Positions 1-13,100 of a stretch of 64,000 bases of DNA are shown in pieces. The notes under the pieces are model-generated. The model worked only from the letters and a program-made list of their open reading frames with translations. It was not told the DNA's origin and made no database searches. Positions within the stretch are counted from its first letter, which is position 1. Each line of letters begins with the position of its first letter. The DNA comes from Amoebophrya sp. A120 (Eukaryota > Protista > Dinoflagellata), in the NCBI GenBank assembly GCA_905178155.1, contig CAJINV010000009.1, positions 1,893,666-1,957,665 on the forward strand, in the 5' to 3' direction. The translations under genes were made by a program, and so were the position numbers.

Positions 1-275
1 ATAAATTGGAATTTGTACTACGTTCTAGATTTAGTGGTAACTGCTTCGGCTTCGCACTAGTAGCTGCCTGCGCATCACCGCAGCGAGAATTGGTGAATCA
101 ATCACCGTCATCTTCGTCGAAGCGGTTCAATTATAGAGTGGGCGTGATTTTTGATCGATATCAACATCCCAACATTCATCCTCAATATTGGCAGAATGAT
201 CATGATGATGTTTCTGGTCGTGCCAATGAAACAAGTAGAGGTCCAACTCTTATGACAAATTCAAGTTGTACGGTA

Positions 276-2935
276 TCACTGGCGCAGCTGGGAAGTTGTT
301 CGGTTTTTTGCAGTGGATATGGAATAAGTGTCCTCCGCCTCGGTGTTCTCCAAAGCAAGAACATTGTTGTTTTTGACAGCATCCAAAAAGTTTCTCCAAC
401 TGTTCCGGCTGATGCTGCGGTAGAGCAGCGCGTCGTAGTCCTCGGTGTCGCGGACGCGAGTACTCGCCCCTGTGGTCGGGTCATGTTCATGTTGGAGGGG
501 ACTGCAAAACCAAAACAGGTCGCGTTTCATACGCAGCTGCGACTGCACTTGCTTCAAGTTTATCTCAACGTCCTCCGGCGGCGGCACGCTCCCCTCGACC
601 TCGCTTACTATCGAGTGAATCTTTGCCGTGCATGCTTCTTCGAACGCGTGCCCTATTGCTTGCTTTTCTTCTACTTTTAGGTCGTCAAATGTTTTACTCC
701 TGTCCGCAACCGCAACCAGTAGTGGAATCTTGTCAGCACCAGGAGAAATGAATTTCTTAATTCTCTTGACCGCAAATACAGCGAACGCCGTTGGGAGATC
801 ATCTGTGTCTTCAGGTGAGGCTGTGGCTCGCCATTTGATCAAACGTTCGCACGGGTAAGAATCTTGACCTGCACCAGGAGCTGCCTGCAGAGAAAGAACC
901 GCTCTAACTGTTGGCTTCAGCTCCTCGATCTCGTGCACGCTCGGCAATTCTAGCTCTAGGTTGTTCTGATGAAGCAACCGGAAGATTGACTGGCCCATCA
1001 GGACCCCTCCGCTGGTCAGTCTATCCAATCCGTTCATCACCTTGTCGACGTTCGACGGGGCGGGTGTTGGGGTATGCGTGGAGCCGGAGATAGTACCTGC
1101 TAGAGCGCCCCCATCATCAAGCGGGTCACCCAAAAGGTTCACGGGTGTGAGATGAGAAATTGCGATCTGCATAATTTTCTTTGAGATCTCCACATATTCT
1201 GCCATCAAGTCCTCACCGATCATATTCTCGTCAATGTCAATCATAACCACGACCGCGGCGTCGCTTTCAGATGGAGCAGTAACAGTAGTGTCTGTCGTCC
1301 TAGCCTCCCGTGACTTGGCCTTGTCTCTTCCGAATCGTCGTCCCAGAAAGGACCACGCCTTGATCTTCGACGGAGGCGGAAGCCGGTGCGAAGCTTTTGC
1401 TTTCCCTTCTGCCACGGAGCCGTGGTGCACTTCTCCAGTCATAACGTCGCGTCGTGTTCGTTGGTTGCGTGCACCACGCCGCGAAGTAGACCCAGACGAC
1501 GAAGAAGCTCGAGTTTGCAACATCTTTCCTTCTGCTCGGTTATTCGCACGGGGCGGCGACGCCCCCAGTTCCCCAGCGCTACCAAACCCGTCGCTACTAG
1601 TAGGAAACGAATCCGCCGAGCCAGGGGCGGGCGCGGAGGTGGATGTCGCATTAATCACTTTGTCATGATTTTTGTGGCGCCTCGTGGAGGTTCGATGCTG
1701 GTCGCGCGAAGATGCGCCGGCCAGGTCGTGTGATGCAGTTTCATCTGCTTGTAGCAGCGATTGCGCCATACGGCGAAACTTTGCCAGCGGGCTCTCGTTC
1801 TTCTGTTCTTCGCCGACTTGTTCGCTACTTTTTCGACCGGCGGGCCCGGATTGCTCTGCAGAGAACGAGGCCTGTCCTGCACGTCCTGCGTGACCACCGC
1901 TGGTCTTCGCCGCCGGCCCGTCATTTGTCCTCGGCGCGGCAGTCCTGGTCGTGGCTCTCTGTGCTTTTCCGCCGACGTTCGCCACGTGGTCGTCTTGTCT
2001 TCCGTTGATGTCGGCAAAGGCGCTCGGCGCCTCCACCGGCTTCCCGCGCGAACGACCGTGGTGCGTGGCCCGTGAAGCTCCTGGGCGGCCTCTCTCGCGG
2101 TCAGCCGCGTCGTTCTCAGCGTTGCTGCTGGTCACATCAGTGTCCGCTCCTTTCTTGGCGGCGCGACCGCTTACAGAGGCGATCAGTTCGCCGTTGTTGT
2201 CTACCTCCGCAGCGCGCTGTAACAGAGAGTCGCCATCCTCGTCGTTTATGCCCAGGAAAATAAATCATGAGAGCAAGGTGCGTTGTCATCTTCTCATCTA
2301 AATCTCCATACTCAAATGCAGGGGGCTCAGGTAATTTTATTCTTTGTGGTATAAACACCAACTCCATCACGAAACAACCGGAACAATTGTCGGAGATACA
2401 AAATAAATCCTTCTTAGTAGTCAGAGGAGGATGTACTTGTACCTGCTGTGCTCGTCAGCCCGCCCAACACCAGATGATAATATGTGCGTTGTTGCCTGCA
2501 CGCTTCTACTAACTTGTTGCCTGACGAGAAGCAGACGTGTTCATCTGGTGCTTTTGAAGATGAAGCAAGCTGTGACCTTACGCTTTTTTTTATTTTCCCT
2601 GCCATATCGTCATCTAGTATCTGCAGGTGGGGTGGTTGCAGAAGCGAGTCCAAGAAGGAAGTCAGCATTGGGAAAGCAGGACCCGGCTCCTCTTCTTCCA
2701 CGTAGTCTTCCCCGTTCTGCGCCGCGCGTTCTCGTGCGAGACGGCGCCGTTCCTCTTTTTCCGCGCGCTTCATCCGCGCTCGGGCCTGGTGGTAAGCGCG
2801 CTGACGGTCTCGGGGTGCCATGAAGTCGAGCTGTTGTGCTGCGACAAGAACCATCGGGGGACCAACAACAAGCAACCACCCCTGTTGAAGCAGAAGCAAC
2901 AGGATCTGCTGAATCGTCATCTTCAACATCGACAT
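276..2935 (-). CDS. Hypothetical protein with signal-peptide-like N-terminus; 2 exons (2935-2608, 2245-276) split by an introner
   Basis: ORFs 2414..2935 and 276..2135 join in frame across the inverted-repeat element, giving LQILDDD(D)EDGDSLLQRAAE. Hydrophobic N-terminus; low-complexity middle. Confidence 0.7.
2247..2606. mobile_element. MITE-like introner (360 bp), TAT...ATA termini, imperfect 5-bp TSD
   Basis: TIRs TATGCCCAGGAAAATAAA and TATGGCAGGGAAAATAAA match at 15/18. Flanks are TCGTT (2242-2246) and TCGTC (2607-2611). Removal restores the frame. Confidence 0.75.
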
Positions 2936-5304
2936 GTTGCTGGCAGGTGCTGGATTTTGTTACTTGTAAATCAATCGATGTTCAAAAATTTTTGAAGCAC
3001 ACACTTCGTCAAACATCATCTCCGGAACTGAAATTCGCAGCGGATGTACGAGTGTAAAAGTTTCCGAAATAATCCCAGAAAAAAAGTGATTTATCTGCTG
3101 AGGCTGGCCCACCAGAGTTCTTCTACACATACATATGTAGATCTTGGAGAAGCTGAAGCCGATAACGAAGCAAAGCACGATATTTCGTGTGCTGTAGCTG
3201 TATGTCAGGAAAAAATAGGAAGCGTCGAAATCATAGCTTTTTAACTGCTTGTTAACGAAAAACGACTTCGTTGGTGACAAAGGTGCTACAAATGCAAATT
3301 GAAATTCATGACGATGTGGATGTGTTTCAAGATGTTTAATAAGTTTGTTTGTATGGACGTAGCGCGACACGATGCTTTATTTAATCGTACGAAGCACGCA
3401 GGATGTGCGGTTGACGGACGAGATCATAACGAGCCCACGATAAATATACGAAAAATGCACGATAGAGACAAATCAGAACGTCCTGAAAGATACGATGTGA
3501 GATTATGATCGTAGCGCCACATAATATTTCATCGTCGTTCCTCTTCAGGAGACCTATTGAGACGTCGAGCCCTTTTTTTCATCACATGGATGAAAGTGGA
3601 AAAAGAATTGCAAGGCAGTCAAAGTCATTAAGTGAAATAATAATAAATGGGGCCTCGCCTTTCATGATCAATAATGAATTTTCCGACCGATGACATCCTG
3701 TTCTGACGATGACACTCCAATAATTTTTGTTGGCGCGCAGGAAGAGAATGAGAAGAACGCTACCACCACTATTTGGGACGACAGTCATGATCTTTATGGT
3801 CCGAAGATTTTTTTTCAACCGACTCAAAAGCTCAAGTAGAAAACTTGATGTTGTGAAGTGTAGCGCAAGTCGGTGAGTGAGTAAAAATCCGACAAGTTGC
3901 AATCTGAATCTCGATGAAATAATGATACTTCCGCGCTAAGGCTAAGCGCAGACGTGATAACGACACGGCAAATGGTTTTTTCCGTCTCCCGGGTTCGGGC
4001 GATGACAATTTGAGAAAAATACACCCCACTCCTGATTAATTTGAAATCAATTTATCGCTCAGTGAATAAAACACATGCATCATTCTACTTCTTTTGCAAT
4101 GAAATATGTACAGTTCGAGGGCCTAAAATATGTTTAATGACGATATTTTTTTAAGAAGAGGACAAGGTGGTGGAGGCTCGACAACCGGCGCCTAGCGGCA
4201 CGCATGCGAGTCGTGTTGTAAAATATCACGCAAGTACAAGTAGATTGAGCCCACCTGCTGGTATTCGTATTTCACATAGTGTTTTTCTTGAACAAAAACA
4301 TGTCAAACATTTACAACACAAATTTAAATTTTCAGTAATAGCTAGAGGGTCCCTCTCCCGGTCATTTTACCGTTGTCCTGGGTGTAGTAGTACTACGACG
4401 AAATCGAAGAGCTCCTGCACCTCTTTTTAAAATGCGCCGAACTTCATCACCAGTCGTGGTTTTATCGTCGGTCGTAGAAAAAATCTCACAGGTCACCGTG
4501 TCCGGAAGCTGCTGCGCGTGGTCGGGGCAAGACTATGCGCTGTAAATCAAAATTTACCGGACAAGTACTCAGACGCAATCGTAAAGATCCTGACTCTGCT
4601 GCTCCTGCATGACAAGATTCTTTGTCTTTTATTTGTCATTGTAGTCCGAAACAACAAATAGTACGGGCGCTGGATTCCTTCTGGTAAAATGAACTAAAAT
4701 TTGTTCAGCATTTTTCTACGCTATTGTACGCTTTTTACATTGTACGGTAAAGTCGTTGATGCTGTTGCATTACATACGAACGCCCGCCTTCGAATTCACC
4801 TGGTTTCGCCGTCTGTCCCTTGAAGCAAAGGAAGATGAGCCGGAACTTCCTCCAGCTAGTATTTCTATGGTATGCGACGACGCGGTTGCGCCAGCAACTG
4901 TTGAGTTCGCTGGGGTGGGAGATGTTTTGTTGCCCAAATACTATTCAAAGGAAAAGCCAACGCTGCTTCGCTATGCCTCTGGCAATTGATCAAACCGCAA
5001 CAGGAGCTAGGTACGTGATACTTTAATAATTTGCAACCGACATGGAAACAGATACAAAAATGCAGGATTTTCGACGTGGACCGGTAGAGCTAAGAACGTC
5101 AAAGAGGGCCTGAGGCTGAGCGCTGCAAACGTCAAATTGACAACTGTCACCTGCTCAAACTCAATACGTCCCGCTTCGTACTACCAGCTATCACAATGAC
5201 CTTCATGCAGCAGCAAGGAAGTAGTGAGAGTCCCCCCTTCCTCCAGTCGCACTCGCATCTACAAATGCGAAGCAGCATCACATTTGTGAGAACAGGGGTG
5301 ATTT

Positions 5305-6542
5305 TTATAGCAGCGGCTCTATTTTCTTCCGTAACATCAAGGGCTGCCGTCCTTCCTGCATCGCCAGGATAAGGTCTGCTTCTGCGACTCGTTGCTGGTG
5401 ATGCCAGTTCAGGTAGAGGTCTACCAGGGTCTGGAGCAGCCCGTCACTGCGAACGACCTCCGCCGTCTGCTGCAGGAATGCCGATCCCGTGGAAAAAACA
5501 TGTCGTCCCAGGCTGGCTGCGTCGCGCGACCTCGCGAGTATGCTGTCCGAGACGGTTTCGGTCGCGGTGATCGCTTGTGACTTGAACGCTTGTGCGCAGG
5601 TGGTGACGTGGACAAGGCCCTCCCTGCAAAAGTCGGCATACCAACTGTACCACGGGTGGAACCCCATTACGCGGTGCGTGTTGCTAAACACCTGGGCGGC
5701 AAAAACGAAAACCAGCAGGGCCGCGACCGCCTTTCGCAGCAGCGCGCTCGGAAACATCGCGTCCCAATCCTCCCAGAGGTGCCTTCCGTACACCCGCATG
5801 TTCAGCACTACGTAAAACCACATGCACATCACGGATCCCAGCCAAATCCACCTGTCGTATTGATCCAGTTTTTCATTGATTTCATCATCAGTCTGAGTTC
5901 GTCTTCATTCATCAACAATCGTTTATGTTGTCGCTTGCACCCACAGAGGTTCTGCATCTTCAAACATCAAAAGACTCAACACCCTCGTATTCTCAACTGC
6001 CAATGCAGCGCCGCCTCGTGTTCGGCTGACTTTCGGGATTCTGCGCGGTCCCTGTCAACAGGTACTCCGATCTTAGCCACACTCGTGCCCGTTCTTGTGC
6101 GACTAGTCATCAGAGTGTCCGCCGGTGCTGCTTTATTCTCCGCCGCAGCGTCCTCGTCGATCATCCCGGTGACCGAGTTCACTGTCAGCAGCCTGGTGCT
6201 TTTTTTCTGATGATCACGGAGGAGGAGTCTACCAGCATCGTCGCTAGGACTTGCACTTGCTGCGTGTTCACCCTGTGTGCGACCATCCCCGGAGGTGCTG
6301 TCCTTGCCGGCTTCGGCTCCCATCGGTAGTTCTCGCTGGAGCAATTTCATTGCAACGCGATCGGTCTTCTCTTTGTAGTACTTGCCATTGCGGAAAAACT
6401 CGGCTGTCGCGACAGCAGTTTCCTCGTAGTAAAAGTCCAGTTTCAAGCGGTCCACGACGATACACACACCGATGAGGTACCCACACATGCACACCATCAC
6501 GATGCTCACGTGAATGCAGTTCCGCAAGGTCCACACGCTCAT
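5305..6542 (-). CDS. Hypothetical multi-pass membrane protein; probable short intron ~5982-5903
   Basis: ORFs 5976..6542 and 5305..5832 (open upstream to ~5902) both have hydrophobic segments. A GTGTTG...GAAG phase-2 join is possible; exact boundaries are uncertain. Confidence 0.55.
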
Positions 6543-9500
6543 CTTGATCTTCTGTTCTGACGTTGTATCCAGAACCTTATGGACGCGATGGCTTCGTAGT
6601 TCCGATTAAGGACTAGAACAGGTGGAGCTGATGCAACAACACAGCACACTGTCAGCGTCCTTCTCACCAGAGTCGTGATTTCCGCAGAGCAGAATGAGCT
6701 TCGACGACGACAGAGGCCACGTCATTTGTTTTCAAGCGGATAAAGCGCATCTGCACGGAAATCTATAGCTAGAGTGTGGTCCACGTTACAGTTACTACAT
6801 ATACATACAGATACTTGCATACGATATACGCTTCTGCCAGCGCCGTTCGTTGTACGTGTGCGCGGCAGGAGCACCTCTACCGCTGCACTGAAATGCGCAA
6901 AAACACAGAAACAAGTATCTATGGTTATTTTACGTAGCTACGATGGTCATCTTCCTGAGTAGCAGAAGACGTTTGTCTGCAACTGTTTCCCTGAGGACAT
7001 ACGAATACTTTCCCACAACTTTACGAGCACAGTCAATATGTTAACCTTCGTCTGGTTTCTGGCTTTCCGTTTCCTAATCGCGGGCCGCGATTAGGAAAAC
7101 GTTGTTTTGTGACGCACGATCTTGTCTTTGACGAACAACAACGAAGCGGCGGACAATACGAAGCGTGCAAAGTAATTCATTGGAAAAACAACGACGACCC
7201 AGAAACTTGCGACGCCCCCGACAAGAATGATTGCTCTTTCTGTGCCCACGACGAAATGTGTATCAGTAGTGCGCACGACGACGAAATCTCTTCATGTTCA
7301 ATCAACATTCTTCAACGATGCACAACATGCTGAAAAGTTGCGTTTCTCCTGGTCCTGTCCGGGAAAACACGCGGCCAGCAGAGCAGTGCCAGTGGTCCGT
7401 CCTGGTTGCTCAAAGTCACACCGAACAAAAAGGTCGAACCAGAAGTACGATAATCGTACTTAATCCTTCGCCTGGTTGCACTTGCATAGCTGTTTTGTTT
7501 GGAAATAGCCATCTGTAGACGAGTTTTAGACCACAGAATCAGCGAGAAAACAAAGAGTAGTGTTTACTTGGTGAAGCTGTATTCAACAAATTGAATTTGA
7601 AACGAATGTTAATCCGTGGTAGTAATGCAGCGAAATGGAGGTTACAACTTCGGATCACTAATTTTCTCTCTAGTACTAGTCGTTGATGCATGTTGAAAGA
7701 CAAAGACTATATTAAGCGCTTGTATATTTCAGTTCATCGATAAATATGTTGCTTCCTCCAGTAAAGTTTGTGTGACTGGGCCAGAGGAGCTCCGCGCACA
7801 CGCTAGTTTCTATTGGTATTGTTTCTGCTACCCTGCGAAATTTTTTGCAATCCACTGCAACGCGGCGATTGTCCTGTACTCGAGTTGTTCCTGTTACTGC
7901 TCACTAAATGTGTTTTGTTTATTTCAGATTGATTCCGTATCCCCATACTGATTCTAAAACTTACTATGGTTTAGCTACAACAACTTCATCACTGGTTGTT
8001 TTTGTTCAATACTATCACTACTTTCTTTTCGAAGTTCTCTCATTTAGATTTAGTCAAAGCACGCCCGATTTCTTCTTTCTTGCAAGACGTAGGAGCTCAC
8101 GAAGTCTTAATTCTTTATTATCCCAAAGATACAACTCATACTCATGTTCACTGCAAGATGAACCATGATAAAATGTTATTATCAGGTGGATTTAAGTCTC
8201 TAATTATTATGTGTGAATATTATTTGTGTAAAAAGGTTATTCTTCATATTCACGGCAAATCGAAACGGTATCCGTAGTTGAGGTTGAGCCACCCAGGAAA
8301 AAGGAGCTGTTTCCCAACTTCTTGTTTAATGGAAGCCGAATTCTGTGGCACTTCTATTACTATTCCGAAACGAATGTGTAAGAGCGGAAACGGCAGCTAA
8401 ACTGGATATAATTACTTATGATAACCTCATCTCTACTATTTTTTGTTCTTTATTCTTGGCAGCTCGCTGCATCGGTCGTGCTTACTATTATTTAGTTAAG
8501 TAAGTGGCTGCTATGCTGGTGGCCGCGCTACGCTCATCTCGAGCTGCAATGACCACATGAAGCCACAAAATTCTTCAAAATAGATAGTTTTCCACATCGG
8601 CAGCGATATAATTCGTTCGATAATTGCACCCTCGTTTATGGTTTTGGCTACCACCTGAAGTGATGTTCGTGAGGTTCTAAAAAATGGTGCGATTCATCTC
8701 CTGTGCTCTTCATGTCAGTCTTAATGCTGCAGCTTCGTGGTCCGTCGTGCAGCAAACGACCTCGTCATTGATGCACTTTTTTCACGAACTTGTGCGGTGA
8801 CGGCGGTGGACGATGCGTCGGCGAGGTATGCAGAGAAAAACGACAATGTCAATCATATCGAGCAGAAGTCTGCAAGTCCCATTTTTTTTTTATCTTTGCG
8901 TGTACTCGGAGTCAGATGTTGATGTAAGTCGGACTGGCTCCACCTATGCATAGTGACAACTAGATCAGCATCCCTGCTTTTGGAGAAGGCCTGAGTTCCG
9001 TTCATACATTTGAAAAAGATGCTTGTTTCAACATCATGGTCGAGCAAAAACGCGCGCATCTACGAAGACCACGAACCTTGACTCGATGACTCAATGTCGT
9101 GCTAGTTTACCCACATAGATTGGCGGAATTCGGTTCTCACCCTGTATCGCAGCCAAAAAGAGTACAACCAACTGAGTCAAATTGCAAATCGATACTTAAA
9201 GCACAAAAAGGTACACGACAAGGGTGGTGCTGTTGCGATCATGATACAGATACGGCAAACCATCATCTTCATCAAATTAATAGAGATATTTTTGGTGAGC
9301 GCCACACTGCATCGCAAATTGCCCTCACCAATCATTATCTGGTTTGCCAAAATTCAAATTGTAAATCACATGATAAATAAGACTATATTATTTCATCCAT
9401 TACATGGCAAGAATCGGTGGAACTGACCACGTCGCTGGTTGCCATTTCTGTTCTTTTCGTACCGGGCTGCAATGGTGCGTCATTGGCGGAAACCTAAAAT

Positions 9501-10117
9501 TTAAATTTTCGAAATAGTTTTCTCAACTGTCCTGCACGTGCGCTCGCTTTTTTTTCAAACATTTGTTTTTTTTTGTTTTTGTATAGCGTTTGGCGCATCA
9601 TCAGTCTACACTTCGTTTCAAAACGAAAGTCTTCGAAGCGAAGCTCTACTCTGCGATGTTATCACTAAGAAACAACATCTGTGACCACGCGTTGCATGCC
9701 GCCGGTACTGGGAGTCTGCAACTCCTTTCCACTGTGCTCGTAGTAGGCGACAGCCGCGCTCTTCGAGCGCAAGCCACTTGTGTGTTCCTCCTCCGCACCT
9801 CCTTCATTTGACGTGCTAGCGCTCCTGTGCCGGTTGTTTTGATGGTGCGATAAAAGTCCTAAAAAAAGTTGCGACGTCAGTATCCAGTGTGAGTCGATGG
9901 ATCGCGTTCGCTCCAGTTGTTATTGACATCGACAGCATTTTTGACTGCCTTGAACAGCAATTTTGCTTTGAACATCTCCTACTTCTACTTGGATCCCAGT
10001 GAAGATATTAATACGACTGTCGTCTGCTATCAAAGCAAGGGAGTAGACGCGCTAGCGGAGCCGGCGCCATAAGTAAAGAGGAAAAAACCAAAAAAAAAAA
10101 AGATCCATCAAGGCGTC

Positions 10118-13100
10118 TTACGCTGTCCCTTGTGCGGCCAGAAAGCCATCGCCCGTTGGCCACGTCATGGTGCTCGCCAAAGCCGGCGGAGGGTGGTCCG
10201 GTAGATGCGTGGGGTCGTCGGTCTCCAGCAAAGTGATGCCAGGCGGCGAACGCGTCGGAGTTTTCTTCGGCGACTTTCTGGCCGACATGCTCATGGAGAG
10301 ATTGACTGGAGGATCCGCGATGGAATACGAGTGCGCGACAAGGTTCGGATCCGTGGCCGCGTGCGTCATCGGGAGCTGGTGGTAAGCCCCAGCCTCGGTG
10401 GAGGACTCGTGATGGTGCTGCTGTAGCACCGGGGATAGCAACTGCACGGGGTGCTGACCTTGCATCGTGCTATGATGATCTTCACGCAACAAGGTAGTGT
10501 GGTTCTCGCCTCCACCCGTGCTGACAGCGGCGAGGTGATGCGCGGCCTGATAGTGGTCTTGACTGATGCTCGTCAAATGCGCGCTCGTCCCCAACTGATC
10601 ATGTGGTGCGGGTGACGTGGACAAAGCCGCCTGCATAGCTGCATTGTAATGCTGCAGAACACTGTGTTGATCCGCAAGTTCGTGGAGAAGTTGCTGGCCG
10701 TGCTGATGATCGTGGTGCTGCAGCGTCGCAGCAGCCGCTCCACTCGCATTGGCATTTGTTGCGCCTGAGTTTGTTGTTCCGTAAAACGACGACTGTTGCT
10801 GCGTCAGTTCCGGCTGCGAAGACGGGTGGTCTACTACGCCGCCCGGCGTACTCGCGTTGCCGCCTGCAAAGCCAACGTGATTCTGGTGGTTGCTTTGAGC
10901 ACCATGCAGAGCTTGGTGCGGCGCTCCAGCACCCGGCGCGGTGGCGGCCGCCATAGCTGCGACAGCACCGGCTGCACTGGCACCGGAGATGTACAATGCA
11001 TGCTGGTGAACAAGCTCCTGGTAGCTGTTAGCGTAAGAATCGGACAACGGCGACGCGTTGTAGTTGCTGTGGTCAGCGGTCGGCATGGTTCCCATTTGGG
11101 CATAGTGCTGTGCCGCGCCGGCATTGGTCGACGCTCCGCCCGCAGCTCCGGGCGTCGTGGAAGTACCGTACTGGGTCGCACAACTGCTGTTGTAGTTGTG
11201 GTGCTGGTGATGTTGGTGCCCATGCCCGCCACCGCCCGAAGTCGAGTGCATCTGGTGGTCTTGGTGTGGTGAGTTTGCGGCAACAGCAACAAAACTGTGC
11301 TGAATAGTCCCGTGTTGATGCTGGTGGTGGTGATGCTGCTGCTGGTGGGCCGCTGCTGCCGTCGCACTCTGGTGCTGGTTGTGCATGGCCGGCTGGTGGT
11401 GCTGCTGCTGTTGCGCCGCAGGACCAGCTGCCCCCAAGTGGTGCAGATCACTCGATTGATGGTGTTGACCACTGAAGTGATTCTGCATCAGATGCAGCCC
11501 GTTGCCGGTACTGGCCCCGCCTTGATGCGCCGACGCGGCGCCGGCGGTCGTGTTCGCACCGGAAGTGCTGGCAGCCAGCAGCTGCTGTTGGTTGTACTGC
11601 TGCTCAAACAGCGAAGCCGCGGCACTAGATTGATGCTGGTGGGGCGTTACTGCCGACGAATTCTGACTGTATAAGAGCTGCTGAAAGTCCTGGGAGTCCA
11701 CCGCCCCGAACGTGCTTGTCCCGAAAGAGTTCATCGTTGTGGAGCGGTTCGCGCTTGCCAGGGAGTTGAAAGACTGCGAGTGCTTGTTCGACGCATTCAT
11801 CGCCTGCTGCTGCGGCCCCCCGCGGCCGCCGGTAAAGTTGGTGTTGGTAATGGTGTTCAGCGAGGTCGCGCGGGCGCCCACCTGCTGCGGCCCGTTGCAG
11901 TTCTGCATCAGCCCCTGACTCAAGGCTTCCGACGTCGAAACCTAAGGAGCGAGATGGCTCAGTGGACGAAGTATTTTTCTTTTATTCATCAACGCAGAAA
12001 ATATAGAAGTTTTAGATTTAGTACGCATCATCGATCATCCCAACTCCAGCGCAACTTGGATAATGGGCTGCAGCAGCTCGCCTGCACTACACAAACAGTA
12101 CGTAGTAGGCAAGAAGATCCGTTTCAATTATACTGCCGGGCGCTCGTCACGAAGGTAAATTTTCGGCAGGCCTTCTGGCGGCGGCGGCTTTCTGCCACCG
12201 TCGACGCCCGTGACCTGGTCTTCCGCGATCCACTTCTGCACCTGGTGAGACCACTCGCTGCGCAGGCAGACGTCGTGGGCCGCCTGGTACACGGTGAAAC
12301 GGTACTTCAAGTCGTTCGCGGACATGGTGTGGAGAATCTCCCGAAAATGCTTCAACACTCGCACTATCAAATGTAAAAATGTCTGGGTCTCCTGGAAACT
12401 TGTGACGCTGGGTCGCGTATCATGAGGAAGCCATAAGCGCTGGCTCAGCATGACAAGTTGCTGAGCTTCTAGGTGTTGCCTATTCTGCATGACAAACTGC
12501 GTTTTTGCAGGACAGGAAATTGGGGCTCTTGGGTAACCTGCATGACAGGTTTAAGTTCAAGAGTCATGCCAGAGAAGCATGACAAATCGCGCATTCTTCC
12601 AGACCCAGACATTTTTACACTTGATACGCACAGCGCTGATCGAATCGTGGAGCGCCCCGTGGCACCGAATCAAACTTGCAAACGTGTGCGCGTTCAGCGG
12701 GCGCACGTACTGGAACATTTGCGACACCTGGGTACATTTAGTTGGAAAATGTGGGCGTGTGGGTACGGTATGATGGTGAAGTGCGGGCGTACGACGCCGG
12801 CATGCACCGTTTGCACGATGGTGCGTGGTCTACGAGAGCTCAGCTCACGTCTTCTCGATTTCGCTGATCCGCGAAATTTTAAAATTTTATTTTTATTGCA
12901 AGAATATTTGAAATCCAAAGAAAATGCAAATCATTAACTATGTATGCATGTTGTAATCGTGTGATATGGAGTCTATCATACTTTGTTCCACGTAACAAGC
13001 CGCGAAATATTAAAGTTTCATTTTTTTTGTAGATGAAAATCCGCGAAATTTCAAAAATTTATTTTTATAGAGAACACATGAAAGTGTCGAAATGTAGTTT

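Noticed and set aside
6-680. 224-aa plus-strand ORF and many similar overlapping ORFs
   Set aside because: Antisense or off-frame shadows of real minus-strand CDSs, with no recognisable motifs.
2137-2370. Possible small middle exon (ELVFIPQRIKLPEPPAFEYG)
   Set aside because: The motif lies inside the TIR-bounded element, and the flanking exons join in frame without it.
6543-6725. Upstream in-frame ATG separated by a single TAA (6606-6608), suggesting stop-codon reassignment as reported for one Amoebophrya lineage
   Set aside because: Long Gln-rich ORFs here have no internal TAA/TAG and RPL23A ends normally in TAA, so the standard code fits.
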